In this document: positions 38,599 to 51,840 of the stretch, piece by piece | How the letters are laid out: the number at the start of each line of letters is the position of its first letter | Numbering within the stretch: position 1 is the stretch's first letter | Origin: Bacteroidia bacterium | Lineage (GTDB): Bacteria > Bacteroidota > Bacteroidia > AKYH767-A > OLB10 | Assembly: GCA_038215705.1 (NCBI GenBank) | Contig: JBBQQQ010000003.1 | Span: forward strand, 69,575 to 133,574 | Direction: 5' to 3' | DNA length: 64,000 bases | Made by a program: the position numbers and the translations under genes | The notes under the pieces: generated by a model | The model's input: the letters and a program-made list of their open reading frames with translations, nothing else | Databases searched by the model: none | Told to the model about the DNA's origin: nothing

Positions 38599-40421
38599 TT
38601 TTCAGGTTTATTAATTTTATAAAATTCAACTTCCATTTCTTTTATGCTGAATAGGGTTTTGTTTTTATTCCATACAAATATTTTAATACGGCTGTCAGCT
38701 TGAAAATCTGCTGGCACTGAAAATCCAAACTTTCTTTTTCTCCATTCATTAATTTCTTCTGAAGGCAGTTCATTAATTTTTTCACCATTCCAAAAAAGTG
38801 TATTCCCTGCGGAATCTTCTATAGTAAAAACTAAAAAGGTTCCATCGCACGCACCTGTTTCCTTTTCCTTTCTTGATAATTGAATTTTCACATAATAATC
38901 AGCATCTGATATCGCCTCAAAATTCAGGGATAACGCAGGCCCGTATTCAGTATCGGAATTAAACATTATTTCGCTAGCCTGATTAACGGAAAATGCAGAT
39001 GTCCACAAGGGTTCTGATGATGTATTTAAAAGTTTATACCGAAGTGCTGGTGTCTCTTCCAATTCAAAATATAATAATTCAGGTTTACCCCCAAGTACAT
39101 TCCTGAAATCCGATCCGGTTTGAAGAAAAACATACTTATACTTCTCAAAATTCATCGCATCAGGATGAATTATATTATACCTGTATTGATAAGTCTGGAT
39201 CAGGTTCAGCACTATACATAATATCAGAAATGTATAAATCCAAAATTTTACCAAGCGGTTCGTAATCGTCTGCACCATCAAGGCTACCGGGATAATAAAC
39301 ACTGCATAAAAATCAATATACGCACGCAATCCAAATCCATCTCCGAAATACCAGCTCCACCAGGAGGAAATTATATAAATACATATCAATAGAACACACG
39401 TGAATGAAATGCCCTCATATATACTTCTTTTAAAAAAAAAATAAATACCGGGAATTATCATCAGCATCACAGGAGTATAAACCAACCAGCCCTTCCGGAA
39501 ACTAAACAGTGATTGCAAAATATGCGGATTGGAAAAATTGAATCCCTCATTACCATAGGACCATACAAAATAACTACCGGTCTGTAATTTAAACAGACCC
39601 AACTGGACCGAAATCACAAGCACAAATAAAAGAAGGGAAACCAGGAATACCTGAGGCCTGAAAATTTTCACTAAGGCCTGTTTTAAATCGGGCCATGATC
39701 CTGCAAGAAATGGAATTGCAAAAACAATCATTAGATTCAAAGGCCTGATGATCGTAATTAATCCTAGAAATAGGGCAGCCAAATACAAATTCCGGATCGT
39801 GCTATTCAGGCAATACATTCGAATATGATATGCGAAAACACTTATGACAAAAAAAGAATATACATGAGCCATGGTACTGTGAACAGCTGTGTAATAAAAA
39901 AGGTTGGTACCTATAGCAATCCCGGCAATGATTAATGCAATTGTACTGTCTTGTATTTGATAGGAAGAAAGTAATTTCCTTAAATAATATAGGCCGGCCA
40001 ACAGATAAAATATTGCCGCTGCAATCAATGTGAACATGTACGGCCAGGAATAGCCCGACTGCATTTCACCTGTCAACCAGGCTATACCATGACCGGCAAC
40101 AAAAAATGGTGTTAACAGTACTGCGACGCCGCAATAATTTTTATTTACATACGAATCAACGGATGTCCTGACCTTAAACCGCGGATGATAATATCTTTTA
40201 ATTGCTGAATTTTCTGCCTGATCATAAAAATTAAAAGAAAGGTCATGATAAATAAATAGCGCAGGCAAATATGCATAATTTCCTTTACTGTCTCCATCAA
40301 CCGTGGCTTCCCACCCGTTACCGTCCTCCCCATTCCACCGGTGCATGTATGAAAAAAAAACAACGCAAGCTGCTACAACGAAAAAAGAAAAATGGGAGGA
40401 TTTTAAAAATGAGACATTCAT
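38595..40421 (-). CDS. Polytopic membrane protein, candidate GT-C-type glycosyltransferase (hypothetical)
   Basis: 608 aa, about 11 predicted TM helices, then an about 200-aa soluble C-terminal domain. Only 120 nt upstream of the GT2 polyprenyl-phosphate sugar transferase gene on the same strand. Confidence 0.55.
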   Translation of the reverse strand: MNVSFLKSSHFSFFVVAACVVFFSYMHRWNGEDGNGWEATVDGDSKGNYAYLPALFIYHDLSFNFYDQAENSAIKRYYHPRFKVRTSVDSYVNKNYCGVAVLLTPFFVAGHGIAWLTGEMQSGYSWPYMFTLIAAAIFYLLAGLYYLRKLLSSYQIQDSTIALIIAGIAIGTNLFYYTAVHSTMAHVYSFFVISVFAYHIRMYCLNSTIRNLYLAALFLGLITIIRPLNLMIVFAIPFLAGSWPDLKQALVKIFRPQVFLVSLLLFVLVISVQLGLFKLQTGSYFVWSYGNEGFNFSNPHILQSLFSFRKGWLVYTPVMLMIIPGIYFFFKRSIYEGISFTCVLLICIYIISSWWSWYFGDGFGLRAYIDFYAVFIIPVALMVQTITNRLVKFWIYTFLILCIVLNLIQTYQYRYNIIHPDAMNFEKYKYVFLQTGSDFRNVLGGKPELLYFELEETPALRYKLLNTSSEPLWTSAFSVNQASEIMFNSDTEYGPALSLNFEAISDADYYVKIQLSRKEKETGACDGTFLVFTIEDSAGNTLFWNGEKINELPSEEINEWRKRKFGFSVPADFQADSRIKIFVWNKNKTLFSIKEMEVEFYKINKPEN

Positions 40422-40543
40422 AATAACAAAATTAAATTTGTTACATCAATAATTTAATATAAGTTCCATTATCTCAAAAACTCTTTGTCCTTCTTTGTCA
40501 CTACGTTTCCTTTGTTGTTTTCATTTCTGTGAGACGAATTACA

Positions 40544-41266
40544 TTATTTTCGCAATAATCCATATTTAACAATACACCAAACAGCCCTGACCCCATCCTT
40601 CCATCCTATTTTCTTTCCCTGTTTATTTGTACGGGCATTATACCTCACGGGAACTTCAGTGATACGAAGACCTCTGTTTCTGGCGAGTTTGGCAGTTATT
40701 TCCGGTTCAAAACCAAAACGCTCTTCCACAAGAGTAATACCTTTCATTGCCTTGGCGGGAATGAGTTTATAGCAGGTTTCCATATCCGTCAACCGGGTGC
40801 TGAAAGCCAGGTTTGAAAATAAAGTCAGAAATTTATTTGCTGCAAGAGAAATAGAAAAGCTGTTACTGTTTTGCTGCCCCTGCAAAAACCTGGATCCGAA
40901 AACTACATCCGCATTATTTGAAAGTACCGGTTCTAACAGCACATTAAAATCTTCAGGGTTTAATTCAAGGTCTGCATCCTGAATAATAAAATAATCACCT
41001 GTTATTTTTTCAAGAGCCGTGTGTATTGATCCGCCCTTCCCTTTATTTATTTCATGATTAAAGAACCGGAAGCAGGCATCATTTCTTCCGGAAATAAAAT
41101 CTTCAATTCTTTTCCGGCTCCCATCCACCGAAGCATCATTTATTATAATGATCTCCTTTGTGATGCCTCCGGTGAGCTGAACATTATTAACTTTTTCGAG
41201 AACTGAAATTACGGTATGCTCTTCATTAAAAACAGGAATTATTACACTCAGTTTATTAATCAGCAT
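40544..41266 (-). CDS. GT2 glycosyltransferase (polyprenol-phosphate sugar synthase, DPM1/ArnC-like)
   Basis: 240 aa. VIIPVFNEE, a DXD-like motif in QDADLE, and a DPM1-like fold. Confidence 0.85.
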   Translation of the reverse strand: MLINKLSVIIPVFNEEHTVISVLEKVNNVQLTGGITKEIIIINDASVDGSRKRIEDFISGRNDACFRFFNHEINKGKGGSIHTALEKITGDYFIIQDADLELNPEDFNVLLEPVLSNNADVVFGSRFLQGQQNSNSFSISLAANKFLTLFSNLAFSTRLTDMETCYKLIPAKAMKGITLVEERFGFEPEITAKLARNRGLRITEVPVRYNARTNKQGKKIGWKDGVRAVWCIVKYGLLRK

Positions 41267-41284
41267 ACCAATTCCAATTCAACA

Positions 41285-41596
41285 TCATGCCTGTGCAGTA
41301 GGACCGCCGAAATTCATCGGTATTGACATGCCTTCAGTCTGCTTGATGGTTCCGTGAACTGCCTCGAACTTGGAAACATTATCCGCAATAGCGGAAAGAA
41401 GCCTTTTCGCATGCTGAGGTGTTAAAACAATTCTGGATTTAACTTTAGCCTTGGGAACGCCCGGCATTACTTTTACAAAATCAATTACAAATTCACTGTT
41501 GCTGTGTGTGATAATTGCAAGGTTACTGTAAATGCCTTCCGCCATTTCTTCAGTAAGTTCAATATTAAGATGAGGAGGTTGGTTTTTATCTTCCAT
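41285..41596 (-). CDS. DUF3467 domain protein
   Basis: 103 aa. SNLAIITHSNSEFVIDF core. Sits in the conserved position immediately downstream of rpoC. Confidence 0.7.
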   Translation of the reverse strand: MEDKNQPPHLNIELTEEMAEGIYSNLAIITHSNSEFVIDFVKVMPGVPKAKVKSRIVLTPQHAKRLLSAIADNVSKFEAVHGTIKQTEGMSIPMNFGGPTAQA

Positions 41597-41636
41597 GATA
41601 GTTCGGTTTTAAGTAAAGTTAATCAATTTTAACGGG

Positions 41637-41669
41637 TTAAAAAAAGCCGCCTGTTGTTTACAGGCGGCT
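41637..41669 (-). terminator. Rho-independent terminator after rpoC
   Basis: On the minus strand, AGCCGCCTG-loop-CAGGCGGCT followed by a T7 run. Confidence 0.75.
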
Positions 41670-41687
41670 AATGCATTTTGAGCATTG

Positions 41688-44600
41688 CTATTCTTGTCCT
41701 GCTAACTCTTCCTTATCTGTCTTCTTGGAAGCCATTAACAAATCATATTCTTCCTGTGAACCTACAATGAGTTTTTCATACTCACGCAATCCGGTTCCTG
41801 CAGGAATCAGGTGTCCTACGATTACATTCTCCTTCAATCCGAGCAGGTAATCAATCTTTCCTCCGATAGCAGCTTCGTTAAGCACTTTGGTTGTTTCCTG
41901 GAACGATGCCGCAGAAATCCAGCTCTTGGTGTGAAGCGATGCCTGGGTAATTCCCTGGAGTAATGGAGTTGATGTTGCTGAAATTGCAGGACGGGATTCT
42001 ACCAGCTTCATATCCTTACGGCGAAGAATCGAATTCTCATCGCGTAAACGACGGATACTGATAATCTGGCCGGCTTTAAATGATGCCGACTCACCCGGAT
42101 CCATAACTACTATTTTATCGATGATGGAGTCATTCTCCTCCATGAAATCAATTTTATTCACATGTTCTTTTTCAAGGAACTTGGTATCACCCGGATCTTC
42201 AATCACAACTTTACGCATCATCTGGCGAACAATCACCTCGAAGTGCTTGTCATTAATCTTCACACCCTGCAAACGGTAAACTTCCTGTATCTCGTTAACA
42301 AGATATTCCTGAACCATTGCCGGCCCTTTAATGCTAAGGATATCGGAAGGCGTGATTGCTCCGTCGGATAACGGCGAACCTGCCCTGATGAAATCGTTAT
42401 CCTGTACAAGGATGTGCTTCGATAATGGAACCAGGTATTTTTTAACATCCCCGTCACGCGAGGTGATAATGATTTCCCTGTTACCACGCTTGATACCTCC
42501 GTAAGACACTTCTCCGTCGATTTCAGACACAATTGCAGGATTGGAAGGATTACGTGCTTCGAAGAGTTCGGTAACACGTGGCAGACCTCCCGTAATGTCA
42601 CCGGATTTGCCGGTTGCACGAGGGATTTTTACCAGCACCTGTCCTGCAATTATTTTTGCGCCAGAATTTACAACAATGTGAGCACCTACCGGAATGTTAT
42701 AGGCCTTCAGTATTTCTTTATCCTTGCCTTTGCCATCAGTAACAATTTTAATTACCGGATTTTTCGTTTTATCACGACTATCGATAATCACTTTTTCCTT
42801 AAAGCCGGTTTGTTCATCGGACTCTTCACGGAAGGTGATATTTTCTTCGATGTGTTCAAAATCAATTTTACCGGCCATTTCAGAAACGATAACCGCGTTG
42901 TATGGATCCCATTCACACATCAGTTCACCTTTTTCTACAATCTGACCTTCTTTAACTAACAACTGCGCACCATATGGAACGTTGTTGGTTGATAAAACCG
43001 CCCTTGTATTCGGGTCAATAATGCGGATTTCTCCGGAACGTCCTAAAACAACATCAAATGTTTTTGTTTCGGTTTTATAGGGGATGGTACGAATTTCTTC
43101 GAACTCCAGTTTACCGGCAAACTTTGCAACCATCTGTGATTCAGTTGCCGCTTTTGAGGCGGTACCTCCCACGTGGAATGTACGAAGTGTTAACTGTGTT
43201 CCCGGCTCACCGATCGACTGCGCTGCAATAACACCAACAGCTTCACCTTTACCCACCATTCTTCCGGTAGCAAGGTTACGGCCGTAGCATTTACCACAAA
43301 CACCATGTTTCGATTCACAGCTGAGCACCGAACGGATCTCTACCATTTCGATAGGAGAATTTTCAATGGTTTCTGCAACATCTTCAGTGATTTCCCATCC
43401 TGATTCAATGATCAGTTCACCGGTTAATGGATGGTAAATATCATGCAGGGAAACACGTCCGAGAATCCTGTCATACAGTGATTCAACAACATCTTCGTTG
43501 TTCTTCAATGCTGTTTCAGCAAGTCCTCTTAATGTACCGCAATCTTCTTCATTGATAATAACATCCTGTGCAACATCAACCAGCCTTCTTGTAAGGTAAC
43601 CGGCATCAGCTGTTTTAAGTGCAGTATCGGCAAGACCCTTTCGCGCACCGTGAGTAGAGATAAAATACTCAAGGATCGACAGACCTTCCTTAAAGTTCGA
43701 AAGGATCGGGTTCTCGATAATTTCACCACCACTGGCGCCCGACTTCTGCGGTTTCGCCATCAATCCCCTCATTCCGCCTAACTGGCGAATCTGTTCTTTC
43801 GATCCACGAGCTCCTGAATCCAGCATCATATAAACCGCGTTGAATCCCTGACGGTCTGATGATAATTGTTTCATCAGGTTCTCGGTAATTCTTGAATTGG
43901 TACGTGTCCAGATATCGATAATCTGATTGTAACGCTCGTTGTTGGTAATGAATCCCATGTTATAGTTATTCCTTACCTCTTCAACTTCTTCATGCGCTTT
44001 TTTAACCAGTTCAATTTTCTGAACAGGAATCATAACGTCATTCAGGTTAAAGGATAATCCTCCTTTGAATGCCATCTTGAAGCCCATGTCCTTGATATCA
44101 TCAAGGAACGCTGCGGTTTTAGCAATACCTGTACGCTTTAGTACCTGGCTGATAATTTCGCGCAGTGATTTCTTGGTAAGCAATTCATTAATGAAACCAA
44201 CATCTTTAGGAACTACCTGGTTGAAGAGGATACGACCTACTGTTGTTTCAGTTAACTGTTTTACCAGAACTTCATTTTCACGAACCATTACTTTCACTTT
44301 CACCCATGCATGAAGATCGATACGACCTTCGTTGAATGCGATGATAGTTTCTTCGGGTGAATAAAAAGAAAGGCCTTCACCTTTCACCACGGTATTACTT
44401 TCTTTTTCAGTTTTCTTTCCTTTGGTCATGTAATAGAGACCGAGTACCATATCCTGTGAAGGAACAGTAACCGGTGCACCATTGGCAGGGTTAAGGATGT
44501 TGTGAGCTGCAAGCATCAGCATTTGAGCTTCCAGTATAGCGGCATTTCCAAGTGGAACGTGAACCGCCATCTGATCACCGTCGAAATCGGCGTTGAATGC

Positions 44601-46007
44601 AGTACACACCAGAGGGTGCAACTGGATCGCTTTTCCTTCGATCAGTTTCGGCTGAAATGCCTGGATACCTAAACGGTGAAGGGTCGGGGCGCGGTTTAAC
44701 ATTACCGGGTGACCTTTCAGTACGTTTTCAAGAATATCCCAAACGATTGCGTCTTTTCTATCTACAATTTTCTTCGCTGATTTTACGGTCTTAACAATAC
44801 CGCGCTCAATCATTTTGCGAATGATAAATGGCTTGAATAATTCGGCTGCCATATCCTTGGGCAATCCGCACTCATGCAATTTCATTTCAGGTCCAACAAC
44901 AATTACGGAACGCGCTGAATAATCAACACGCTTTCCGAGAAGGTTCTGACGGAAACGACCCTGCTTTCCTTTTAAGGAATCGGAAAGAGATTTCAGTGCA
45001 CGATTGGATTCCGTTTTAACTGCATTAACTTTTCTCGAGTTATCAAAAAGTGAATCCACAGCTTCCTGCAGCATCCTTTTTTCGTTACGAAGGATAACAT
45101 CAGGTGCCTTGATTTCAATAAGACGCTTCAAACGGTTGTTACGAATAATTACCCTGCGATACAGATCATTCAGATCGGACGTTGCAAAGCGGCCACCATC
45201 TAATGGAACGAGTGGACGCAATTCAGGTGGAATTACAGGAACCACTTTTACAATCATCCACTCGGGACGATTTTCAATGTGTGTGTTTGCCTGGCGGAAA
45301 GCTTCAACAACCTGGAGTCTTTTCAGCGCTTCATTTTTACGTTGCTGAGAAGTTTCAGTGCTTGCCTGGTAACGCAAACGGTAAGATAATTCATCAAGAT
45401 CAAGTCTGCTCAGCAAATCATGAAGTGCATCAGCACCCATCTTTGCAATAAATTTGTTCGGATCATTATCATCGAGATGCTGATTATCTTTCGGCAATGC
45501 CTCCAGTATATTCAGGTATTCTTCTTCCGTAAGGAAATCAAGATAATTAATTCCATCCTGTGCTTTTATTCCTGCCTGTATCACTACATAACGCTCATAG
45601 TAAATAATGAGGTCAAGCTTTTTGGTAGGAAGTCCGAGCAGGTAACCAATTTTGTTGGGAAGTGAACGGAAATACCAAATATGTGCAACAGGCACCACCA
45701 GTTGGATATGTCCCATACGTTCGCGACGCACTTTCTTTTCTGTTACTTCAACACCGCAACGGTCACAAACAATTCCTTTATAGCGAATTCTCTTATACTT
45801 ACCGCAATGACATTCCCAATCCTTTACAGGTCCGAAAATACGCTCGCAGAATAAACCATCACGCTCGGGTTTGTAAGTCCGGTAATTGATAGTCTCAGGT
45901 TTCAAAACTTCACCGCTCGACTGCTCCAGGATATGCTCGGGAGAAGCCAGGCTGATGATGATTTTGGAGAAGTTACTTTTGATCTTGAAATCTTTTTTAT
46001 TAGCCAT
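41688..46007 (-). CDS. rpoC: DNA-directed RNA polymerase subunit beta'
   Basis: NADFDGD catalytic motif and zinc-finger CxxC..CxxC. The ORF opens at 46043; the likely start is [15 protein letters not shown] at 46007. Confidence 0.95.
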   Translation of the reverse strand: MANKKDFKIKSNFSKIIISLASPEHILEQSSGEVLKPETINYRTYKPERDGLFCERIFGPVKDWECHCGKYKRIRYKGIVCDRCGVEVTEKKVRRERMGHIQLVVPVAHIWYFRSLPNKIGYLLGLPTKKLDLIIYYERYVVIQAGIKAQDGINYLDFLTEEEYLNILEALPKDNQHLDDNDPNKFIAKMGADALHDLLSRLDLDELSYRLRYQASTETSQQRKNEALKRLQVVEAFRQANTHIENRPEWMIVKVVPVIPPELRPLVPLDGGRFATSDLNDLYRRVIIRNNRLKRLIEIKAPDVILRNEKRMLQEAVDSLFDNSRKVNAVKTESNRALKSLSDSLKGKQGRFRQNLLGKRVDYSARSVIVVGPEMKLHECGLPKDMAAELFKPFIIRKMIERGIVKTVKSAKKIVDRKDAIVWDILENVLKGHPVMLNRAPTLHRLGIQAFQPKLIEGKAIQLHPLVCTAFNADFDGDQMAVHVPLGNAAILEAQMLMLAAHNILNPANGAPVTVPSQDMVLGLYYMTKGKKTEKESNTVVKGEGLSFYSPEETIIAFNEGRIDLHAWVKVKVMVRENEVLVKQLTETTVGRILFNQVVPKDVGFINELLTKKSLREIISQVLKRTGIAKTAAFLDDIKDMGFKMAFKGGLSFNLNDVMIPVQKIELVKKAHEEVEEVRNNYNMGFITNNERYNQIIDIWTRTNSRITENLMKQLSSDRQGFNAVYMMLDSGARGSKEQIRQLGGMRGLMAKPQKSGASGGEIIENPILSNFKEGLSILEYFISTHGARKGLADTALKTADAGYLTRRLVDVAQDVIINEEDCGTLRGLAETALKNNEDVVESLYDRILGRVSLHDIYHPLTGELIIESGWEITEDVAETIENSPIEMVEIRSVLSCESKHGVCGKCYGRNLATGRMVGKGEAVGVIAAQSIGEPGTQLTLRTFHVGGTASKAATESQMVAKFAGKLEFEEIRTIPYKTETKTFDVVLGRSGEIRIIDPNTRAVLSTNNVPYGAQLLVKEGQIVEKGELMCEWDPYNAVIVSEMAGKIDFEHIEENITFREESDEQTGFKEKVIIDSRDKTKNPVIKIVTDGKGKDKEILKAYNIPVGAHIVVNSGAKIIAGQVLVKIPRATGKSGDITGGLPRVTELFEARNPSNPAIVSEIDGEVSYGGIKRGNREIIITSRDGDVKKYLVPLSKHILVQDNDFIRAGSPLSDGAITPSDILSIKGPAMVQEYLVNEIQEVYRLQGVKINDKHFEVIVRQMMRKVVIEDPGDTKFLEKEHVNKIDFMEENDSIIDKIVVMDPGESASFKAGQIISIRRLRDENSILRRKDMKLVESRPAISATSTPLLQGITQASLHTKSWISAASFQETTKVLNEAAIGGKIDYLLGLKENVIVGHLIPAGTGLREYEKLIVGSQEEYDLLMASKKTDKEELAGQE

Positions 46008-46130
46008 TTTTTTGATTTCTGTTTTAATACTACGTTTAATCACTGTGAATGGAATTGTAGGTGTTTGGTGGTAAGACTGACTGATTTTTTCAACTCGTCA
46101 CTCGTAACTCTCCACTCGCAACTTATTTTT

Positions 46131-49100
46131 CTATTCCAGTGAAACCTTAAGGCACAAACCTCTGAGTTCATGCAACAATACGTTAAATGATTCCGGGATA
46201 CCGGGAGTTCCGAGGTTTTCACCTTTAACAATAGCTTCATAAGCTTTTGCGCGGCCCATAACATCATCCGACTTAATCGTAAGCAATTCCTGCAGGATAT
46301 GTGCAGCACCAAATGCTTCGATTGCCCAAACCTCCATCTCACCAAAACGCTGACCTCCGAACTGGGCTTTTCCTCCCAGTGGCTGTTGTGTAATGAGTGA
46401 GTAAGGTCCGATTGATCGTGCGTGCATCTTATCGTCAACCATGTGACCCAGCTTAAGCATGTAAATGATACCTACTGTAGCAGGCTGATCAAAACGCTCG
46501 CCGGTTCCGCCATCATGTAAATACGTACTTCCGAATGTCGGGATCTCTGCTTTGGAAACATAGGATTCAATATCTGCAATGGATGCTCCGTCGAAAATAG
46601 GCGTTGCGAATTTCACTCCGAGTTTTTGACCTGCCCAAGCAAGAACTGTTTCATAGATCTGTCCAAGGTTCATACGCGATGGTACACCCAGCGGGTTAAG
46701 AACGATGTCAACCGGTGTTCCGTCGGAAAGATAAGGCATGTCCTCATCGCGAACGATACGGGCTACAATACCTTTGTTTCCGTGGCGGCCTGCCATCTTA
46801 TCTCCTACTTTCAGTTTCCTTTTCTTCGCAATATAAACTTTCGCAAGCTGCATGATTCCCGGAGGTAATTCATCACCCACCTGGATGGCAAACTTCCTTC
46901 TTTTAAATCCGCCAATAACATCGTTAACTTTTATGTTATAGTTGTGCAGCAAACGCTTTATCTGATCATTTTTATCTTTATCAGTTGTCCACTTATTCGG
47001 ATTGATATTGCTGTAGTCAATTTCAGAAAGTGTTTTCTGAGTAAACTTTGCACCTTTAGGAATTAACACTTCCTTAAAGTTATCCATTACACCCTGTGAA
47101 GTTTTTCCACTCACCAGGATGAACAATTTATCAACCAGTTTTGCTTTCAGTTCAATAAGTGCTTTTTGCTGCTCCTCATCAATTTTAGCAATAACAGTTT
47201 TCTCGTCAACCTTGGCATTTTTTTCTTTCACTGCACGTGAGAAAAGTTTCTTTGCAATTACCACACCCTTTACGGATGGTGGCACTTTCAAAGAAGCATC
47301 TTTTACATCACCGGCTTTATCGCCGAAGATTGCGCGCAATAATTTTTCTTCCGGAGAAGGATCGGTTTCACCTTTAGGAGTGATTTTACCAATAAGAATA
47401 TCACCTTCCTGCACTTCAGCCCCAACACGTATCAAACCATTTTCATCCAGTTCGCGTGTTGCTTCTTCACTAACGTTAGGGATATCTGCAGTAAGTTCTT
47501 CGAGACCTCTTTTGGTATCACGTACTTCGATGCTGTATTCATCAACGTGAAGCGAAGTAAAAATATCTTCACGTACCACGCGCTCAGAAATAACGATGGC
47601 ATCTTCGAAGTTATAACCTTTCCAGGGCATGAAGGCCACTTTCAGGTTTCTTCCCAAAGCAAGTTCACCATCCTGTGTTGCATAACCTTCGCACAGCACC
47701 TGTCCTGTTTTAACCTTCTCACCTTTTTTCACAATTGGCTTCAGGTTAATACACGTATTCTGATTGGTCTTCTGGTATTTTGTAAGATTGTAGGTCTTAA
47801 GGTCATCATCAAAACTGATGAGCTTTTCATCATCGTTGCGATAGCTCCTTATAATAATCTGGTTGGCATCTACATATTCAACAACACCATCTGATTCGGC
47901 ATTCACAAGTACACGTGAATCGCGAACCACCATACCTTCAAGACCGGTACCCACGATAGGCGCTTCAGGACGTAATAAAGGAACTGCCTGGCGCTGCATG
48001 TTTGATCCCATCAGGGCACGGTTGGCATCATCATGCTCAAGGAATGGAATAAGTGATGCGGCAATCGATGCAATCTGGTTAGGAGCAACATCCATCAACT
48101 GGAGTTTTTCAGGCTCTACTTCCGGAAAATCTCCCTCGTAACGGGCTTTTATCCTGGCGTCCTTGAAATTTCCTTTATCATCGATGTTGGAAACTGCCTG
48201 CGCAATTACTTTTGAATCTTCTTCTTCAGCGGTAAGATAAACTACCGGCTTATCCACTTCAACACGACCGTCGGCAATTGTACGGTAAGGTGTAGAAATA
48301 AATCCGAGGTTGTTAATTTTCGCATATACACACAGTGAGGATATAAGACCGATGTTTGGTCCTTCAGGAGTTTCAATGGTACATAAGCGGCCATAGTGCG
48401 TGTAGTGAACGTCGCGGACTTCAAAGCCTGCACGCTCACGGGAAAGACCACCGGGCCCGAGTGCTGAAAGACGCCTTTTATGCGTGATTTCTGCAAGGGG
48501 ATTGGTTTGATCCATGAACTGCGACAACTGGTTCGTTCCGAAAAACGAATTGATCACCGACGAAAGTGTTTTGGCATTGATAAGATCTGCCGGAGTGAAC
48601 ACCTCGTTATCACGCACGTTCATACGCTCACGGATAGTTCGTGCCATACGGGCAAGTCCCACTCCGAATTGCGAATACAATTGCTCACCAACGGTACGTA
48701 CACGACGATTGCTCAGGTGATCAATATCATCCACATCAGCCTTTGAATTGATCAGCTGAATCAGATATTTAATGATCGAAATAATATCCTGCTTGGTAAG
48801 TACTTTAGTTTCTGACGGAATTTCAAGACCCAGCTTGCGGTTGATCCTGTAACGTCCTACTTCACCAAGATCATAACGCTTATCGGAGAAAAACAATTTG
48901 TCGATAATACCACGGGCCGTTTCCTCATCGGGTGGCTCGGCATTACGCAACTGGCGGTAGATATGCTCTACAGCTTCCTTTTCAGAGTTCGAAGTATCTT
49001 TCTGTAAAGTATTATAAATTATCGCATAGTCACCGGAGTTAGTATCTTCTTTGTGAAGAATCACAACCTTAACACCTGAATCGATAATCAAGTCAATGTG

Positions 49101-49958
49101 ATCATCTTCAAGGAAAGTTTCTCTTTCGAGGATGACTTCATTTCTTTCGATGGAAACTACTTCACCGGTATCCTCATCAACGAAATCTTCAACCCATGTT
49201 TTCAGAACGCGGGCTGCGAGTTTTCTTCCGGTTGCTTTTTTAAGAGCTGCTTTACTGACCTTTAATTCATCAGCAAGACCGAATATTTCGAGAATGTCTT
49301 TATCCGTCTGGAAACCGATCGCACGCAGCAATGTAGTTACCGGGAATTTCTTCTTACGATCGATATAAGCATACATGACATTGTTGATGTCCGTAGCAAA
49401 TTCAATCCAGGATCCTTTAAACGGGATTACCCTTGCAGAATATAATTTTGTTCCGTTCGCGTGGCGGCTTTGTCCGAAAAACACACCCGGTGAACGGTGC
49501 AGCTGAGACACTACAACCCTTTCAGCGCCATTGATTACGAATGTCCCTTTAGGAGTCATGTAAGGAATGGTACCCAGGTATACATCCTGAATAATGGTTT
49601 CAAAATCCTCGTGATCGGGATCGGTACAATAGAGTTTAAGCTTTGCCTTCAGGGGCACACTATAGGTTAATCCTCTTTCAATACACTCTTCGAGGGAGTA
49701 TCTTGGGGGATCAACAAAATAGTCAAGAAATTCAAGAACGAAGTTGTTCCTGGAATCTGATATTGGGAAATTCTCGCTGAAAACTTTGTAGAGGCCTTCG
49801 TTATGACGATTGTCGGAAGTTGTTTCGAGCTGGAAAAAATCCTGAAATGATTTTAATTGCACTTCAAGAAAATCAGGATACTCAATTGCCTGCTTACTGG
49901 ATGAGAAGTTAATCCTTTTAACGCTGTTCTTCAGTGGTGAGTTTTGGATTGCGGCCAA
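46131..49958 (-). CDS. rpoB: DNA-directed RNA polymerase subunit beta
   Basis: 1275 aa with conserved RpoB blocks throughout (for example [21 protein letters not shown]). Confidence 0.95.
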   Translation of the reverse strand: MAAIQNSPLKNSVKRINFSSSKQAIEYPDFLEVQLKSFQDFFQLETTSDNRHNEGLYKVFSENFPISDSRNNFVLEFLDYFVDPPRYSLEECIERGLTYSVPLKAKLKLYCTDPDHEDFETIIQDVYLGTIPYMTPKGTFVINGAERVVVSQLHRSPGVFFGQSRHANGTKLYSARVIPFKGSWIEFATDINNVMYAYIDRKKKFPVTTLLRAIGFQTDKDILEIFGLADELKVSKAALKKATGRKLAARVLKTWVEDFVDEDTGEVVSIERNEVILERETFLEDDHIDLIIDSGVKVVILHKEDTNSGDYAIIYNTLQKDTSNSEKEAVEHIYRQLRNAEPPDEETARGIIDKLFFSDKRYDLGEVGRYRINRKLGLEIPSETKVLTKQDIISIIKYLIQLINSKADVDDIDHLSNRRVRTVGEQLYSQFGVGLARMARTIRERMNVRDNEVFTPADLINAKTLSSVINSFFGTNQLSQFMDQTNPLAEITHKRRLSALGPGGLSRERAGFEVRDVHYTHYGRLCTIETPEGPNIGLISSLCVYAKINNLGFISTPYRTIADGRVEVDKPVVYLTAEEEDSKVIAQAVSNIDDKGNFKDARIKARYEGDFPEVEPEKLQLMDVAPNQIASIAASLIPFLEHDDANRALMGSNMQRQAVPLLRPEAPIVGTGLEGMVVRDSRVLVNAESDGVVEYVDANQIIIRSYRNDDEKLISFDDDLKTYNLTKYQKTNQNTCINLKPIVKKGEKVKTGQVLCEGYATQDGELALGRNLKVAFMPWKGYNFEDAIVISERVVREDIFTSLHVDEYSIEVRDTKRGLEELTADIPNVSEEATRELDENGLIRVGAEVQEGDILIGKITPKGETDPSPEEKLLRAIFGDKAGDVKDASLKVPPSVKGVVIAKKLFSRAVKEKNAKVDEKTVIAKIDEEQQKALIELKAKLVDKLFILVSGKTSQGVMDNFKEVLIPKGAKFTQKTLSEIDYSNINPNKWTTDKDKNDQIKRLLHNYNIKVNDVIGGFKRRKFAIQVGDELPPGIMQLAKVYIAKKRKLKVGDKMAGRHGNKGIVARIVRDEDMPYLSDGTPVDIVLNPLGVPSRMNLGQIYETVLAWAGQKLGVKFATPIFDGASIADIESYVSKAEIPTFGSTYLHDGGTGERFDQPATVGIIYMLKLGHMVDDKMHARSIGPYSLITQQPLGGKAQFGGQRFGEMEVWAIEAFGAAHILQELLTIKSDDVMGRAKAYEAIVKGENLGTPGIPESFNVLLHELRGLCLKVSLE

Positions 49959-50039
49959 GGTATTTAGGTTTTAAGGAATATGAAATGTTCAAACACACTA
50001 AAAACCGTTCGTGCAGGCACGTCGGTTTATAAAAGGGTA

Positions 50040-50072
50040 TAGACCTCTACTCCTGTTAGGGAGAAGAGGTCT
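50040..50072 (-). promoter_or_regulatory. Hairpin in the rplL-rpoB intergenic region (attenuator-like)
   Basis: AGACCTCTaCTCC-TGTT-aGGGAGaAGAGGTCT imperfect 13-bp stem between rplL and rpoB. Analogous to the known attenuator in the E. coli rplL-rpoB spacer. Confidence 0.4.
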
Positions 50073-50099
50073 GATGTTCATTGCAAAGAACGGAACGGG

Positions 50100-50474
50100 T
50101 TATTTAACTTCAACCTCAGCGCCGGCGTCTTCTAATTGGCCTTTAAGAGTAGTGGCTTCGTCTTTAGAAACACCTTCTTTAACCGGCTTTGGGGCACCGT
50201 CAACAAGGTCTTTTGCTTCTTTAAGGCCAAGTCCGGTAAGTTCTTTTACCAGTTTCACTACAGCCAGTTTATTTTGTCCGGCAGCCTTGAGGATCACATC
50301 AAATGTTGATTTCTCTTCAGCAACAGCGGCACCGCCACCACCACCGGCCATCATAACTGGTGCTGCAGCAGCCGGCTCAATACCATACTGATCCTTGAGA
50401 ATCTGAGCTAATTCGTTAACTTCTTTTACAGTCAGGTTAACCAACTGTTCTGCGAATGCATTTAAATCTGCCAT
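50100..50474 (-). CDS. rplL: 50S ribosomal protein L7/L12
   Basis: 124 aa. Ala-rich hinge and C-terminal domain. Confidence 0.95.
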   Translation of the reverse strand: MADLNAFAEQLVNLTVKEVNELAQILKDQYGIEPAAAAPVMMAGGGGGAAVAEEKSTFDVILKAAGQNKLAVVKLVKELTGLGLKEAKDLVDGAPKPVKEGVSKDEATTLKGQLEDAGAEVEVK

Positions 50475-50551
50475 TTTATTAATTGTTTTTTTGTTACTTA
50501 ATTGTTGATTTTAGAATTGGGTAATTATAAGAGCTGGGTTCTCGTGGAAGC

Positions 50552-51073
50552 TTATGAACCTTTTTCTTCAAGAGTTTTAAGAATACCTGATAATTTCTGT
50601 CCTCCCGACTGAAGCGCGGAAATAACATTTTTAGCAGGCGACTGAAGTAACGCGATGATGTCGGCAACCAGTTCATTTTTAGATTTCAGAACTGACAGGG
50701 TTTCCACATTAGCATCGCCAATATAAACCGCTGTATCAATCCAGGCACCTTTCAATATTGGACGGTCACTTTTTTTACGGAATTCCTTGATGAGTTTTGC
50801 AGGCACATTTCCGGTATCACTGTACATGATAGCGGTAGAACCTTTCAGGGCCTCAAACATGGGCGTGTAATCACCATCCATGCGCTCAAGCGCTTTCTGA
50901 ATCAACGAGTTTTTTGCTACATTGATCTTTACATCCTTGTCGAAACAAAGACGGCGTAACTGATTTGTTTTTTCAACCGTCAGGTTGGAAATATCAGTGA
51001 TATAAAAATTATTGTATTTTGACAGGTTTTCAACTAAGGAGCTGATGATCTGTTCTTTTTCTTCCCTTTTCAT
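50552..51073 (-). CDS. rplJ: 50S ribosomal protein L10
   Basis: 173 aa. Confidence 0.9.
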   Translation of the reverse strand: MKREEKEQIISSLVENLSKYNNFYITDISNLTVEKTNQLRRLCFDKDVKINVAKNSLIQKALERMDGDYTPMFEALKGSTAIMYSDTGNVPAKLIKEFRKKSDRPILKGAWIDTAVYIGDANVETLSVLKSKNELVADIIALLQSPAKNVISALQSGGQKLSGILKTLEEKGS

Positions 51074-51103
51074 TGGACGTTATAGATCTTCGGGTTTAAC
51101 TTA

Positions 51104-51799
51104 TTAACCTCCTATCGATTTTGCATCGATACGGACACCTTTACTCATCGTGCTTGACATAGCAATGCTTCTGAAGTAGGCTCCTTTTGCAGAGGATGGT
51201 TTTAATTTGGAAATGGTTTGCAGAAGTTCATTTGCGTTCTCATATAATTTCTGAGCGTCAAATGATACTTTGCCAATAGATGCATGAATAATACCCGTTT
51301 TATCGACCTTAAAGTCGATTTTACCGGCTTTCACTTCCTGCACTGCTTTACCGATATCATTTGTTACCGTTCCGGTTTTAGGGTTTGGCATCAGGTTACG
51401 GGGTCCGAGGACCTTTCCGAGCTTACCTACTTTCGCCATAACACCGGGCATGGTAATAACCACATCCATATCAATCCAGCCTTGCTCGATTTTCTGGATA
51501 TATTCATCCAATCCAACATAATCAGCACCTGCTTCAAGAGCTTCTTTCTCTTTATCAGGCGTGCATAGTACAAGAACTTTAATTGTTTTCCCGGTACCGT
51601 GTGGAAGGGTAACAATTCCGCGGACCATTTGATTGGCTTTACGGGGATCAACACCCAGGCGAACGGCCAGGTCAACAGAAGCATCAAACTTGGTGTAGGA
51701 AATATCCTTCATCAGTTTAGAAGCATCCTGGAGTGAATATTGTTTTGCAGCGTCGACTTTACCGGCTACTGCTTTTTGTTTTTTTGTTAATTGTGGCAT
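51104..51799 (-). CDS. rplA: 50S ribosomal protein L1
   Basis: 231 aa. Confidence 0.95.
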   Translation of the reverse strand: MPQLTKKQKAVAGKVDAAKQYSLQDASKLMKDISYTKFDASVDLAVRLGVDPRKANQMVRGIVTLPHGTGKTIKVLVLCTPDKEKEALEAGADYVGLDEYIQKIEQGWIDMDVVITMPGVMAKVGKLGKVLGPRNLMPNPKTGTVTNDIGKAVQEVKAGKIDFKVDKTGIIHASIGKVSFDAQKLYENANELLQTISKLKPSSAKGAYFRSIAMSSTMSKGVRIDAKSIGG

Positions 51800-51840
51800 T
51801 TTCTGCGATTGTTTACAATGAATAAACTACTGCCGGATAA

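Noticed and set aside
47119-48141. Several 90-140 aa ORFs antisense to rpoB, and similar ones antisense to rpoC (42260-45889)
   Set aside because: They lie entirely inside highly conserved polymerase genes on the opposite strand and have Ser/Pro-rich biased composition. Typical shadow ORFs.
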